Positions 57,301-64,000 of a stretch of DNA of 64,000 nucleotides are shown one piece after another. The position numbers and the translations under genes are program-made. Numbering within the stretch: the stretch's first letter is position 1; each line of letters starts with the position of its first letter. The notes below the pieces were generated by a model, which saw nothing but the letters and a program-made list of their open reading frames with translations, did no database searches and was not told where the DNA came from. Source of the stretch: a virus; the IMG/VR virus record IMGVR_UViG_3300033121_000149, positions 1 through 64,000 of that record; one strand, 5' to 3'.

Positions 57301-58651
57301 CATCTGAAGGCGTTAGATCGTCTAATACTGTTGTTAATTCAGCTTGAGCTATACTTGATCTATAAACCTGCATGAAATGATTTTCAGTAACACCTTCCGG
57401 TATAGTTACTGCTATATCTACAGTTGATGATGTAGTAATATCTAGTAAATCAATATAAGTAGTAGCGTTAGCTAATGTTATAATATTGACATTTTCGGAC
57501 TGTAATCGTTGAATGATACTGTCCATATAGTTTTGGATTTCAACTAATTGTTGATTAGGAGTTGGAATATCAATAGTAGAAGGTTGTGTAATACTTCTAT
57601 ATTCATTAGAATATATAGTAGCTGATGATAGAGTAACAGCTCCAGTTGCTGATGTGTTAAAAGCAATCGTAGTAGACGTTACAGTTACTAATGTTTGAGC
57701 ACCATTTAATGTACCAGTTGCCGGTGCAAACCCTGCTAGAAATACTTTACTATTTGCTAACCAATATTGTGTAGGATCACCTGATGAAAATGTAACAGTA
57801 CAAACACCAGAACTTATAACAGCACTTGAAATTTGTAATGGAGCTACTGCTGCTTGATCTGCTATAAATATGTCGTTATCTAATTTAGAACATAAACTTA
57901 TTAAGTTAGTACGTAATTCAGTAGCAGATGCTGTTATAGGTAATTTTAAAGTATTTGTATAGTTACCATCTGAAATACGTGCAGTTGTTGTAGTATCAGT
58001 TATATTATCTAGATTCACCAACATATACAGAAAATCTTGTATCATCATTGGTGTCATATAATTGTAAACAGTTTCTCGTTGTGATGGCGTTCCTGTTACT
58101 AAATTGTTATTAAGATCTTTTGAAGCCCACACTACACGATATGCTACTGCTGAATCTTGAGGTAAAAACCCTGTTTGATTACCGTAGATATAATTAGAAG
58201 TAGCTTGCATATCTACTGCTTTTATACCACCTGCATCAGTTACTGCTACACCGTTATCTAAATCTGCTCCATTTCGAGCACTAATTTTCTTAATACCTGT
58301 ATTTGTAGTGAAATAGTAGTTACCGTTAGATTCTACTGATTTAACACGTAACCCTGTTTGTGTTTCTGTAAATGTTCCTGAAAAATTAGAAAAGTTACCT
58401 GAACCGTCATCATATTGTAATACATTACCATAATGACGTAAAATTCTATTACGATATTGAGTTAACTGTTTAACTCTATCGTTAGGTGATGGTAAGTTTG
58501 TTCCGTATAGTTTAAAACCACGTGACGGTTCAATAATACCATCTCTTTTAATGATTATATTCTTAGCTTCAGAAAGAGCACCGTCTGGTCTATCTAATAA
58601 GTTAGGAGACGTTATAAGCCCTGCAGCTTTAAGTAATATAGTTGATGCCAC
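54374..58651 (-). CDS. giant tail/structural protein (1425 aa)
   Basis: S/T/N/G-rich beta-type composition. Confidence 0.55.
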   Translation of the reverse strand: MASTILLKAAGLITSPNLLDRPDGALSEAKNIIIKRDGIIEPSRGFKLYGTNLPSPNDRVKQLTQYRNRILRHYGNVLQYDDGSGNFSNFSGTFTETQTGLRVKSVESNGNYYFTTNTGIKKISARNGADLDNGVAVTDAGGIKAVDMQATSNYIYGNQTGFLPQDSAVAYRVVWASKDLNNNLVTGTPSQRETVYNYMTPMMIQDFLYMLVNLDNITDTTTTARISDGNYTNTLKLPITASATELRTNLISLCSKLDNDIFIADQAAVAPLQISSAVISSGVCTVTFSSGDPTQYWLANSKVFLAGFAPATGTLNGAQTLVTVTSTTIAFNTSATGAVTLSSATIYSNEYRSITQPSTIDIPTPNQQLVEIQNYMDSIIQRLQSENVNIITLANATTYIDLLDITTSSTVDIAVTIPEGVTENHFMQVYRSSIAQAELTTVLDDLTPSDELQLVYEAYPTSAELSAGEIIFTDETPDEFRGANLYTNAATGEGITQANDIPPFAKDINRFRNSIFYANTRTRHRLFINLLGVQKIIDDYNSSLNPVITIANGINDFTYSFILGIQESVDITCTSGGTISDDQYFDIPAVRGVTYRVWYDVSGSAVGPTIPSGYISVKVRITNVDTATQVADKTRDQLSLYVNDFEVSSSTGVLTVLQTEFGYVGNYNPGTVGFTGVTTEGQGEDAVDRKILLSNLTSPARSVDATARSLVRIINKNDDSPVYAYYLSGAQDVPGKILLESKDLSDNTFYVVGSSSNVGSSFNPNIEPNSDITAVTTGTTTTITNPSHGLVQGDYVLLTNTDATPLIGTMSPLDGLHQVSLVVDSNNFVLNISTSTANVRGSILKAVDSNYSENEIKVNRVYYSKFQQPEAVPITNYFDVGATDKEILRIFPLRDSLFVFKEDGLYRISGEFAPFNVSLFDSSCILKAPDSVSVANNLVYSWTTQGIVTVTESGVQIISRVIDNQILKLASANYTNFKTATWGVGYESDNSYTVWTVSEPSDEVASIAYRYSNLTNTWTTLTRSNTCGIIFSSDDKMYIGAGDTNYIEQERKNFDRTDYSNREVDTIINNNKFSGTTVILPSVTGVEVGDAFVQTQYLTIYEFNSLLKTLDNDPGIVDNNFFSTLEAVSGNNLRSKIEALATKLDNDTGVVQTDYLSTISLKTGSITATQAGNSTVITSSNHGLFTGRIVNITGTSYDGEYSVTVIDANNFSIPKKTISNTSGGTFETLNQNLKDIEQCYNKIVTKLNADTGVSFSNYMQVDTVTLMESIITNVNKVSKTITLNKNIQYTVGDVVIFKAIKSSFTYNPNTMGDPLSLKHAREATLMFNTRAVTSGTLEFSTDLLPAFIPVNFDLDGNGIFGSGNYGAGFFGGASNAAPFRTYIPRNCQRCRYISVKFSHTIARESYDILGTTITAEVGLSTRAYK

Positions 58652-58659
58652 TTATACTC

Positions 58660-59868
58660 CTATAAACGACGACGATCTCTAGATTTACCGTAGCGTAAAT
58701 GTGAATGTCTAGCTAATACTTTTTTAGGATCACCTGCTCCACGATTATCAATAAGATTAGCTTGTCTCTGTTCAACTTCTGCTAATTTCTTATCGATATC
58801 ACCAACTGCCTGTAAGTCACCTTGAGCTGACATTATTCTAGCACATGTTCTATGTACTAAACTTATATGTAAATCATCAGGAATCTGAGGAATTATACAT
58901 TCATATTGAGAAGCTATGTAATCACCTACTTTAAAATCAGTAGGAATCACACCTGAATTAAACGATATAGTTGAACCTGAAACTACGTTAGCACCTAATA
59001 GAACATCATATTTAAAAGTTCTATGTCCACCTTCAGTTTCAAGGAAATCTATATACGTACTATTCGCTATATTAGTAGGAACAGTCGATGTAAACTCTAT
59101 AATCTCTTTAGAGTTTACTGTCATACCACTAGATGATGACACTATATCAGTATTTATATCAGTGTATTTTAATGTAACTATAGCAGTAGATGGTGTACCA
59201 TTAGAAGCTGAGTAAGTACCTTCTGTTTGAATAGCCTGAGCTAAATTAGTTGCTGTAGCTATATCATTAACACCGATACTAAAATCAACACCTGCTTCAA
59301 AAACTAAAGAACCTATAGATAAAGTATCGCCACTAACTAAGTTAGTATTATCTATAGTTATTTCTTTACAGAAATTTTTACAGAAAGCAGCTCTACTATT
59401 TACAACTAGTTGATTAGGTCTAATATAGAACTTAAATACTAAACTACCTGTTGGATTTGTTATCATTCTAGGGGTAAGAACAATATCATTACCTTCGAAG
59501 TAGTATTTATGTACTGCTTGATTAGCACCTACATTTCGTTGGAAGTATGATTGATCGTCAGGATTTATCTGAGTCATCTCGAATAAATTTCCAGACAAGT
59601 CTTTCCAAAATAAAGCTCGAATATTCATACCTATTGCTCTTTTAGGAATAGGATACTTATTCTTGCCATCTACTAATGTTACTTCGTAATCATATGAGAA
59701 ATAATTCTCTTGGAACTGAAGAACACTAGGTACTTCAGCTATCATCATTTCTTCATTAGCAAATTTTAGTATATCATCTTCTGAAAACGTATTTTGTGAG
59801 ATAGGTACTGCACTATTACGTTTAACAGCTTCGATAATATCGTTACTGGTTTTGTATGGGGTTGCCAT
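58660..59868 (-). CDS. structural protein (402 aa)
   Basis: Late operon. Confidence 0.5.
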   Translation of the reverse strand: MATPYKTSNDIIEAVKRNSAVPISQNTFSEDDILKFANEEMMIAEVPSVLQFQENYFSYDYEVTLVDGKNKYPIPKRAIGMNIRALFWKDLSGNLFEMTQINPDDQSYFQRNVGANQAVHKYYFEGNDIVLTPRMITNPTGSLVFKFYIRPNQLVVNSRAAFCKNFCKEITIDNTNLVSGDTLSIGSLVFEAGVDFSIGVNDIATATNLAQAIQTEGTYSASNGTPSTAIVTLKYTDINTDIVSSSSGMTVNSKEIIEFTSTVPTNIANSTYIDFLETEGGHRTFKYDVLLGANVVSGSTISFNSGVIPTDFKVGDYIASQYECIIPQIPDDLHISLVHRTCARIMSAQGDLQAVGDIDKKLAEVEQRQANLIDNRGAGDPKKVLARHSHLRYGKSRDRRRL

Positions 59869-59882
59869 TACAATCCTTTATA

Positions 59883-60230
59883 TTAAGCTTGTAGCTTTTT
59901 AAGTTCTTCTTTTTTCTTTAAAAGTTCAGCGATCTTTTCATCGATCTCTTCTGGAGTATTACACTCTTCTTCAGAAGATTCCATTTCAGGTGATTCAATT
60001 GATTCGTCTTCATCGCTTTCAACTTCTTCAACCTTTTCTTTAGCCATATCTAGACCTTTTTCAAGTCCTTCTTTGCTATCTGAAGCTACTGTAACTTTCT
60101 TAATCTTACCACCCATAGCTTTCATAGCATGGTTACGTAGATCTTCTAATACGTTCATTTTTGCATCTTTTTCTACTGGAGACATCTTAGATGCTTTCTT
60201 TTTCTCCATCATCTTTTGGAAAGATTTCAT
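59883..60230 (-). CDS. acidic K/E-rich protein (115 aa), scaffold-like
   Basis: Composition. Confidence 0.4.
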   Translation of the reverse strand: MKSFQKMMEKKKASKMSPVEKDAKMNVLEDLRNHAMKAMGGKIKKVTVASDSKEGLEKGLDMAKEKVEEVESDEDESIESPEMESSEEECNTPEEIDEKIAELLKKKEELKKLQA

Positions 60231-60509
60231 TTATACCCCTTTAATTATTTTTATAACTAGCACTATATTCAGTGTGACTAGTGACCCTAAGATAGCGAAA
60301 ATATAGGAAGGAATCTTGTTAACATACACTAACTTCTCGGAATTAGGAACATTAACTTCTATTTTTATATCCTTCAACGCTTGTTTTAAGTTATCTGGAT
60401 CGATCTTTAGGTTCTCTCCAGAAACGATTACAACACGTTGAGCCTCGTTAGACTCATCGTGTTGTGTTCGGATTATCATATTAGCATCTAAGTGTGATAT
60501 ATTTCTCAT
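60231..60509 (-). CDS. small membrane protein (92 aa)
   Basis: C-terminal TM IFAILGSLVTLNIVLVIKII. Confidence 0.45.
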   Translation of the reverse strand: MRNISHLDANMIIRTQHDESNEAQRVVIVSGENLKIDPDNLKQALKDIKIEVNVPNSEKLVYVNKIPSYIFAILGSLVTLNIVLVIKIIKGV

Positions 60510-60551
60510 AAAATTTCTCTTATAAAGTTGTTAATTCACACTCCCAACTTA

Positions 60552-62174
60552 CTAAAAGTTGGTTGTAATTGCTCTAAATCTAATAGTATTTGAAACAAAT
60601 CCTGTTACGTTAGTTGACGTATATTGAATCTGTCCAGCATTGGTAATACTGAATACTATACCAGAATCATCACCTACTGAGCTAACAGTAATATCGAAGC
60701 TTGATCCTTTATTAACACCTAGAATTTCAAAAGACTCATATAAATCAGCAGTTGCGTCTATTTCAACAGAAATTAAAGCTTTGAAACTTCTAACCGAAAC
60801 AGAAGCGAAAGCTAATCCTGTTACATCAGCAGCAGAACCTTGGTTATTAGCAGCCGAGAAACTAGATTCGTTAATATCACCAGCAGAACTTAATGGAACA
60901 CCAGCTAAAAAGTTAGCTCTTGTCATTTTACGACGAGCAGAAGCTGATACATCATAAATTAAGATTTCATCACCATTAGCTACTGAAGTTTCAGCAGTTG
61001 TACCGTTAATATCTACAACAAGTGATCTTGAAGCAGTAGTATCACCACCACCACTTAACCCTGAGTTAGCGTTAGTATTGATTGATACTGAAGAGTGATC
61101 GATGTGTTCATTAGCTACAAAGTTAGCTAACTGATCGTGATCAACACCTGCTGGAAGAACAGCAGCACTAATTTGATTTGAACCATCGTTATATGTAAAG
61201 TCAATAGAAGCAGTATCAGTTAAAGCTGAACCAACTGCATCTTGTGCTCTTTCATCTGTAAAGTATAAGTTAGTACCTTCAGCTAAGTTTGTTGTACTTT
61301 TTGTTGCTAATCTTGTATCGAATGTAGAATTAAAATCAGCAGATGCGAATTTCTCTGAATCTAATTCATCAATAGCAGCTTGTACAGTTGTTGCAGCAAT
61401 ATTACCTGCTGGAACGTTTGTAACTTGGGATGCTGTATAATCACCAGATTGAGCTGTAACTGCTCCTGTTCTACCGAATACAGATGTTACTGAATCTGTT
61501 AAATCCCATTTTTCATATTGAGATGTAGCACCATTATATACAACTTTATCACCGATTACGAATGTAATATTCCCATTACCGAAATCAACAGTACCTGCTG
61601 CATTAACGTGATATACATCTCCGTTATTACCAACACCATCTGCTAACGATGGAGTATTTGTTGCTGCTGACCAGTTTCCTTTGTATTCCATTGGATCTGG
61701 CATAGCTTCTAAAGCAGTTTCTAAAGCTTGAATCGCTTGTTTAACAGTTTGATTATCAGGAATTGTTGTACCTGAAAATGTTCCTAAATTTACAGCATTT
61801 GCTGCAACTCCTGATAAACTAACTAAATCATTAATATCAGTTTGAACATCGTCGATATTAGATTGTAGTTCATTTAACGCTGATTGTACATCTGTCGCAG
61901 CTAAATTACCCGAAGGTACGTTAGAAATAGCACTTGCATCGTGAGCATCTGTAGCATCTGATAAGTGATTTGAAATGTCAGTTGCATTAGTGTTTAATTG
62001 TGTTTGGATAGAACTTGTAACACCTGATACGTAACCTAATTCAGTAAGCGTTACTGAACTTGATACGATGTTACCTGAAGCGTCTAATTGTAACGCTCTA
62101 GATGCGGTCTGTGTTGATAACGTAAAGTTTCCACCTTGTACGTTAATACCGCTTTTAAATTTGTTAGCAGCCAT
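60552..62174 (-). CDS. tail fibre protein (540 aa)
   Basis: S/T/A/N-rich; SALNELQSNIDDVQ and VQAAIDELDSEK fibre-like repeats. Confidence 0.55.
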   Translation of the reverse strand: MAANKFKSGINVQGGNFTLSTQTASRALQLDASGNIVSSSVTLTELGYVSGVTSSIQTQLNTNATDISNHLSDATDAHDASAISNVPSGNLAATDVQSALNELQSNIDDVQTDINDLVSLSGVAANAVNLGTFSGTTIPDNQTVKQAIQALETALEAMPDPMEYKGNWSAATNTPSLADGVGNNGDVYHVNAAGTVDFGNGNITFVIGDKVVYNGATSQYEKWDLTDSVTSVFGRTGAVTAQSGDYTASQVTNVPAGNIAATTVQAAIDELDSEKFASADFNSTFDTRLATKSTTNLAEGTNLYFTDERAQDAVGSALTDTASIDFTYNDGSNQISAAVLPAGVDHDQLANFVANEHIDHSSVSINTNANSGLSGGGDTTASRSLVVDINGTTAETSVANGDEILIYDVSASARRKMTRANFLAGVPLSSAGDINESSFSAANNQGSAADVTGLAFASVSVRSFKALISVEIDATADLYESFEILGVNKGSSFDITVSSVGDDSGIVFSITNAGQIQYTSTNVTGFVSNTIRFRAITTNF

Positions 62175-62186
62175 TGTTTTCTCCTA

Positions 62187-62585
62187 TTATTCTATAATGA
62201 CACGACCGTTAAATCGATTGTCTGGCGTTTCTAAAACTTTTATTGTTATTAATCCTGAATTATCTATTGTAATACTACAAGTAACTTCTTCGTAGCTCCC
62301 ACTTACTAATTCATATATTGTTACCGTTGGATATACACCTTTTAAATGAGCAGCTTCGTTTATTACTAAACTGTATTCACCACCACTCGGTCCTGTCCAA
62401 TCACCTGATACAAATGTTTGTACATATTTTGTTGTACGATCTGCGAGTTGATCGAGAGCGTCACCTACTGTTGATGGATCTGGATTCCAATGAGCAGGAT
62501 CTCCGGGAGTATATGAAGTACTACCACCTGTAGATTGTTCGTAGTAATCTAAATTACCTGTAAGAGGATTGTAAAAAAAAGCCAT
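62187..62585 (-). CDS. hypothetical tail-associated protein (132 aa)
   Basis: Late operon. Confidence 0.45.
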   Translation of the reverse strand: MAFFYNPLTGNLDYYEQSTGGSTSYTPGDPAHWNPDPSTVGDALDQLADRTTKYVQTFVSGDWTGPSGGEYSLVINEAAHLKGVYPTVTIYELVSGSYEEVTCSITIDNSGLITIKVLETPDNRFNGRVIIE

Positions 62586-63223
62586 TATTTTTCTCTCTTT
62601 AAAATTGCTTTAGTAGCGTAGTTATCAGTTTTCTTATGACATTCTTTACATAAAATCTGAACATTAGTAATGTCGTAACGTAAGTCAGGATAATTACACC
62701 ATTCTTTAACATGATGTAGTTCTAATTTTTTATTACTTGAACAAAGTTGACATTTATAACAATCACGTTTAAGTGCTTCTTTTTTTAACTCTTTATATTG
62801 AATACTAGAAAGAGCTAACTTACGTTCAGATGTTTTTCCACCTCTCCAAGCATTGCTAAGATTAGCCTTCTTATTTAATTTGCTCTTAGACATTTTATCA
62901 CGAATTTCTTCTGTATAATCTATACCACCTAAAGTGTTAATTATTTCCATTTGTCTCTTATTTTTATCATAATTACGATTACATTTGTATTCAATATTTT
63001 TATTCCAAGGTGTTTGACCTTTTTTGAATTTTGATTTATTATCTCTTATAGATTCAGCACATTTATAACAATCGCCACTATTTTTATTTGTTTTTATATT
63101 CCAAACTTGACAATATGAAACATATCTTTCGTGTTGACAAGTAGGACATGATATCGCCCATTTGGACTTTCTATCGGTTAAAAATGGATCAACTTTACTA
63201 AACATATAATCACGTTGTGTCAT
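62585..63223 (-). CDS. HNH homing-type endonuclease with zinc fingers (212 aa)
   Basis: CYKCQLC...HHVKEW...ILCKECHKKTD. Confidence 0.6.
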   Translation of the reverse strand: MTQRDYMFSKVDPFLTDRKSKWAISCPTCQHERYVSYCQVWNIKTNKNSGDCYKCAESIRDNKSKFKKGQTPWNKNIEYKCNRNYDKNKRQMEIINTLGGIDYTEEIRDKMSKSKLNKKANLSNAWRGGKTSERKLALSSIQYKELKKEALKRDCYKCQLCSSNKKLELHHVKEWCNYPDLRYDITNVQILCKECHKKTDNYATKAILKREK

Positions 63224-63483
63224 TATACCGTTCTTTCGACTGAACTTAAATCTGTTTTAGTTCCGTCTGTATATGTTATTCTTATTGTATAAAGAAGAGT
63301 TGAACCGTCGTAATATTTATAATCTTCGATATTAACTGATACATTGACTTTTTCGATTTTGTGACCAACTTTTCCTACAACAAAACTAGCTGTAGTTATG
63401 GATTTATCGACACCGTTATATACTTCAGCAATAACTTGTTCAAAGTCTAAATTGTCGGATTGTTTACTTGTTTTATTTGTCAT
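63223..63483 (-). CDS. hypothetical protein (86 aa)
   Basis: Late operon. Confidence 0.5.
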   Translation of the reverse strand: MTNKTSKQSDNLDFEQVIAEVYNGVDKSITTASFVVGKVGHKIEKVNVSVNIEDYKYYDGSTLLYTIRITYTDGTKTDLSSVERTV

Positions 63484-63495
63484 TGTTAGTTATCC

Positions 63496-63936
63496 TTACT
63501 CTACAATACTATTACGTTTATTTTGTCTTTCTAACATTAACTCGTTAAACTCTAAATCAGACATTGAACATTGTACGTTAGCTAATTTTTGTTCATAGTG
63601 TCGAATTACTTTATAGTCAGTATCAGCTAAAAACTTACGAGCATTTCTATTAATAGTTTCTTGGTCGATTTTAGCTTGTACGTTAACTACTTGTGCTTCT
63701 AATAAACTCAAGTTACTGTCGTCGTTACTTTCAATAGCTTCTTTCAATACTAAAGCAGGGTTACTGATTTGTAATCCAGCTAAATGTACTGCTAAATGTA
63801 CGTCAGGTATAGCGTTAAAACGTGCTGTGAGAGCTTCTACTCTAGCGATCTCTGCTTGTCTAGCAGCTTCTTCGATAGCTAATTGTGCTTCAAATGCTTC
63901 ACGTTCTTCTTGTGTCATTGTATTTGGAAATGGCAT
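63496..63936 (-). CDS. hypothetical protein (146 aa), first gene of - strand block in window
   Basis: AGGAGACATAAATG RBS on - strand. Confidence 0.5.
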   Translation of the reverse strand: MPFPNTMTQEEREAFEAQLAIEEAARQAEIARVEALTARFNAIPDVHLAVHLAGLQISNPALVLKEAIESNDDSNLSLLEAQVVNVQAKIDQETINRNARKFLADTDYKVIRHYEQKLANVQCSMSDLEFNELMLERQNKRNSIVE

Positions 63937-64000
63937 TTATGTCTCCTATTTAACCTTAGTAATTTTTACTTGAGTATATATCTCATTAACACTGAAGTTA

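Noticed and set aside
4656-63598. Antisense or alternate-frame ORFs inside larger genes (e.g. 4656-4922, 5194-5433, 6129-6317, 6533-6784, 9520-10046, 10901-11092, 11319-11531, 15236-15436, 16866-17081, 20692-20979, 22925-23107, 24373-24621, 25565-25951, 26591-26881, 28149-28400, 29132-29332, 31387-31593, 37153-37359, 37992-38273, 44454-44792, 44742-44951, 44997-45227, 46503-46736, 47457-47663, 53385-53729, 57058-57285, 60073-60306, 60640-60957, 62068-62295, 62318-62533, 63398-63598)
   Set aside because: Embedded in or antisense to well-supported genes. No RBS. AT-rich sequence generates such ORFs by chance.
1-64000. Prophage/integrative element with host flanks
   Set aside because: No integrase, att-like tRNA truncation or host housekeeping genes. 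Gene content and ATGA coupling are those of a lytic phage genome segment.

Overview
This window looks like AT-rich dsDNA phage DNA (Caudoviricetes-like) with no integrase or host genes. An early and replication region lies on the + strand (about 1-46.2 kb). A late virion and lysis module lies on the - strand (46.1-63.9 kb). Most genes have Shine-Dalgarno sites (GGAGG/AGGAG) and many are coupled by ATGA stop/start overlaps.

Identifiable + strand functions:
- Nucleotide metabolism: class II ribonucleotide reductase, dUTPase, T4-gp1-like dNMP kinase.
- Replication: split family B DNA polymerase, DnaB-like primase-helicase.
- Recombination: ERF annealase with a Cas4-like Fe-S nuclease.
- NAD module: macro domain, Prs-family pyrophosphokinase and Nampt-family transferase (NARP1-like NAD reconstitution candidate).
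- RNA repair module: nucleotidyltransferases, metallophosphoesterase, Pnk kinase/HAD phosphatase, ATP-dependent RNA ligase, a minimal CCA-adding enzyme, and a tRNA-His gene.
- Other: flotillin/SPFH protein with its own promoter and terminator, an SPFH-like lipoprotein, a standalone GHKL ATPase, two classic AAA ATPases, two HExxH mini-proteins, and three HNH endonucleases.

The most unusual feature is a dispersed family of more than 25 small genes. They share an almost identical 5' end, ATGAAACAAGAAAATATAAGTGACGAGTTA, encoding M(K/E)QENISDEL. Twelve of them carry a variable-number tandem array (1 to 18 copies, about 118 units in total) of a 12-bp unit, nnnnnCTCGCTA, encoding x-x-S-L tetrapeptides. 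Each of these ends in GGAGGGAGTATGGAGAATATTAG, which supplies the stop codon, a Shine-Dalgarno site and the ATG(MENIS...) start of the next gene.

All function calls are from motifs read by eye. No database search was possible.
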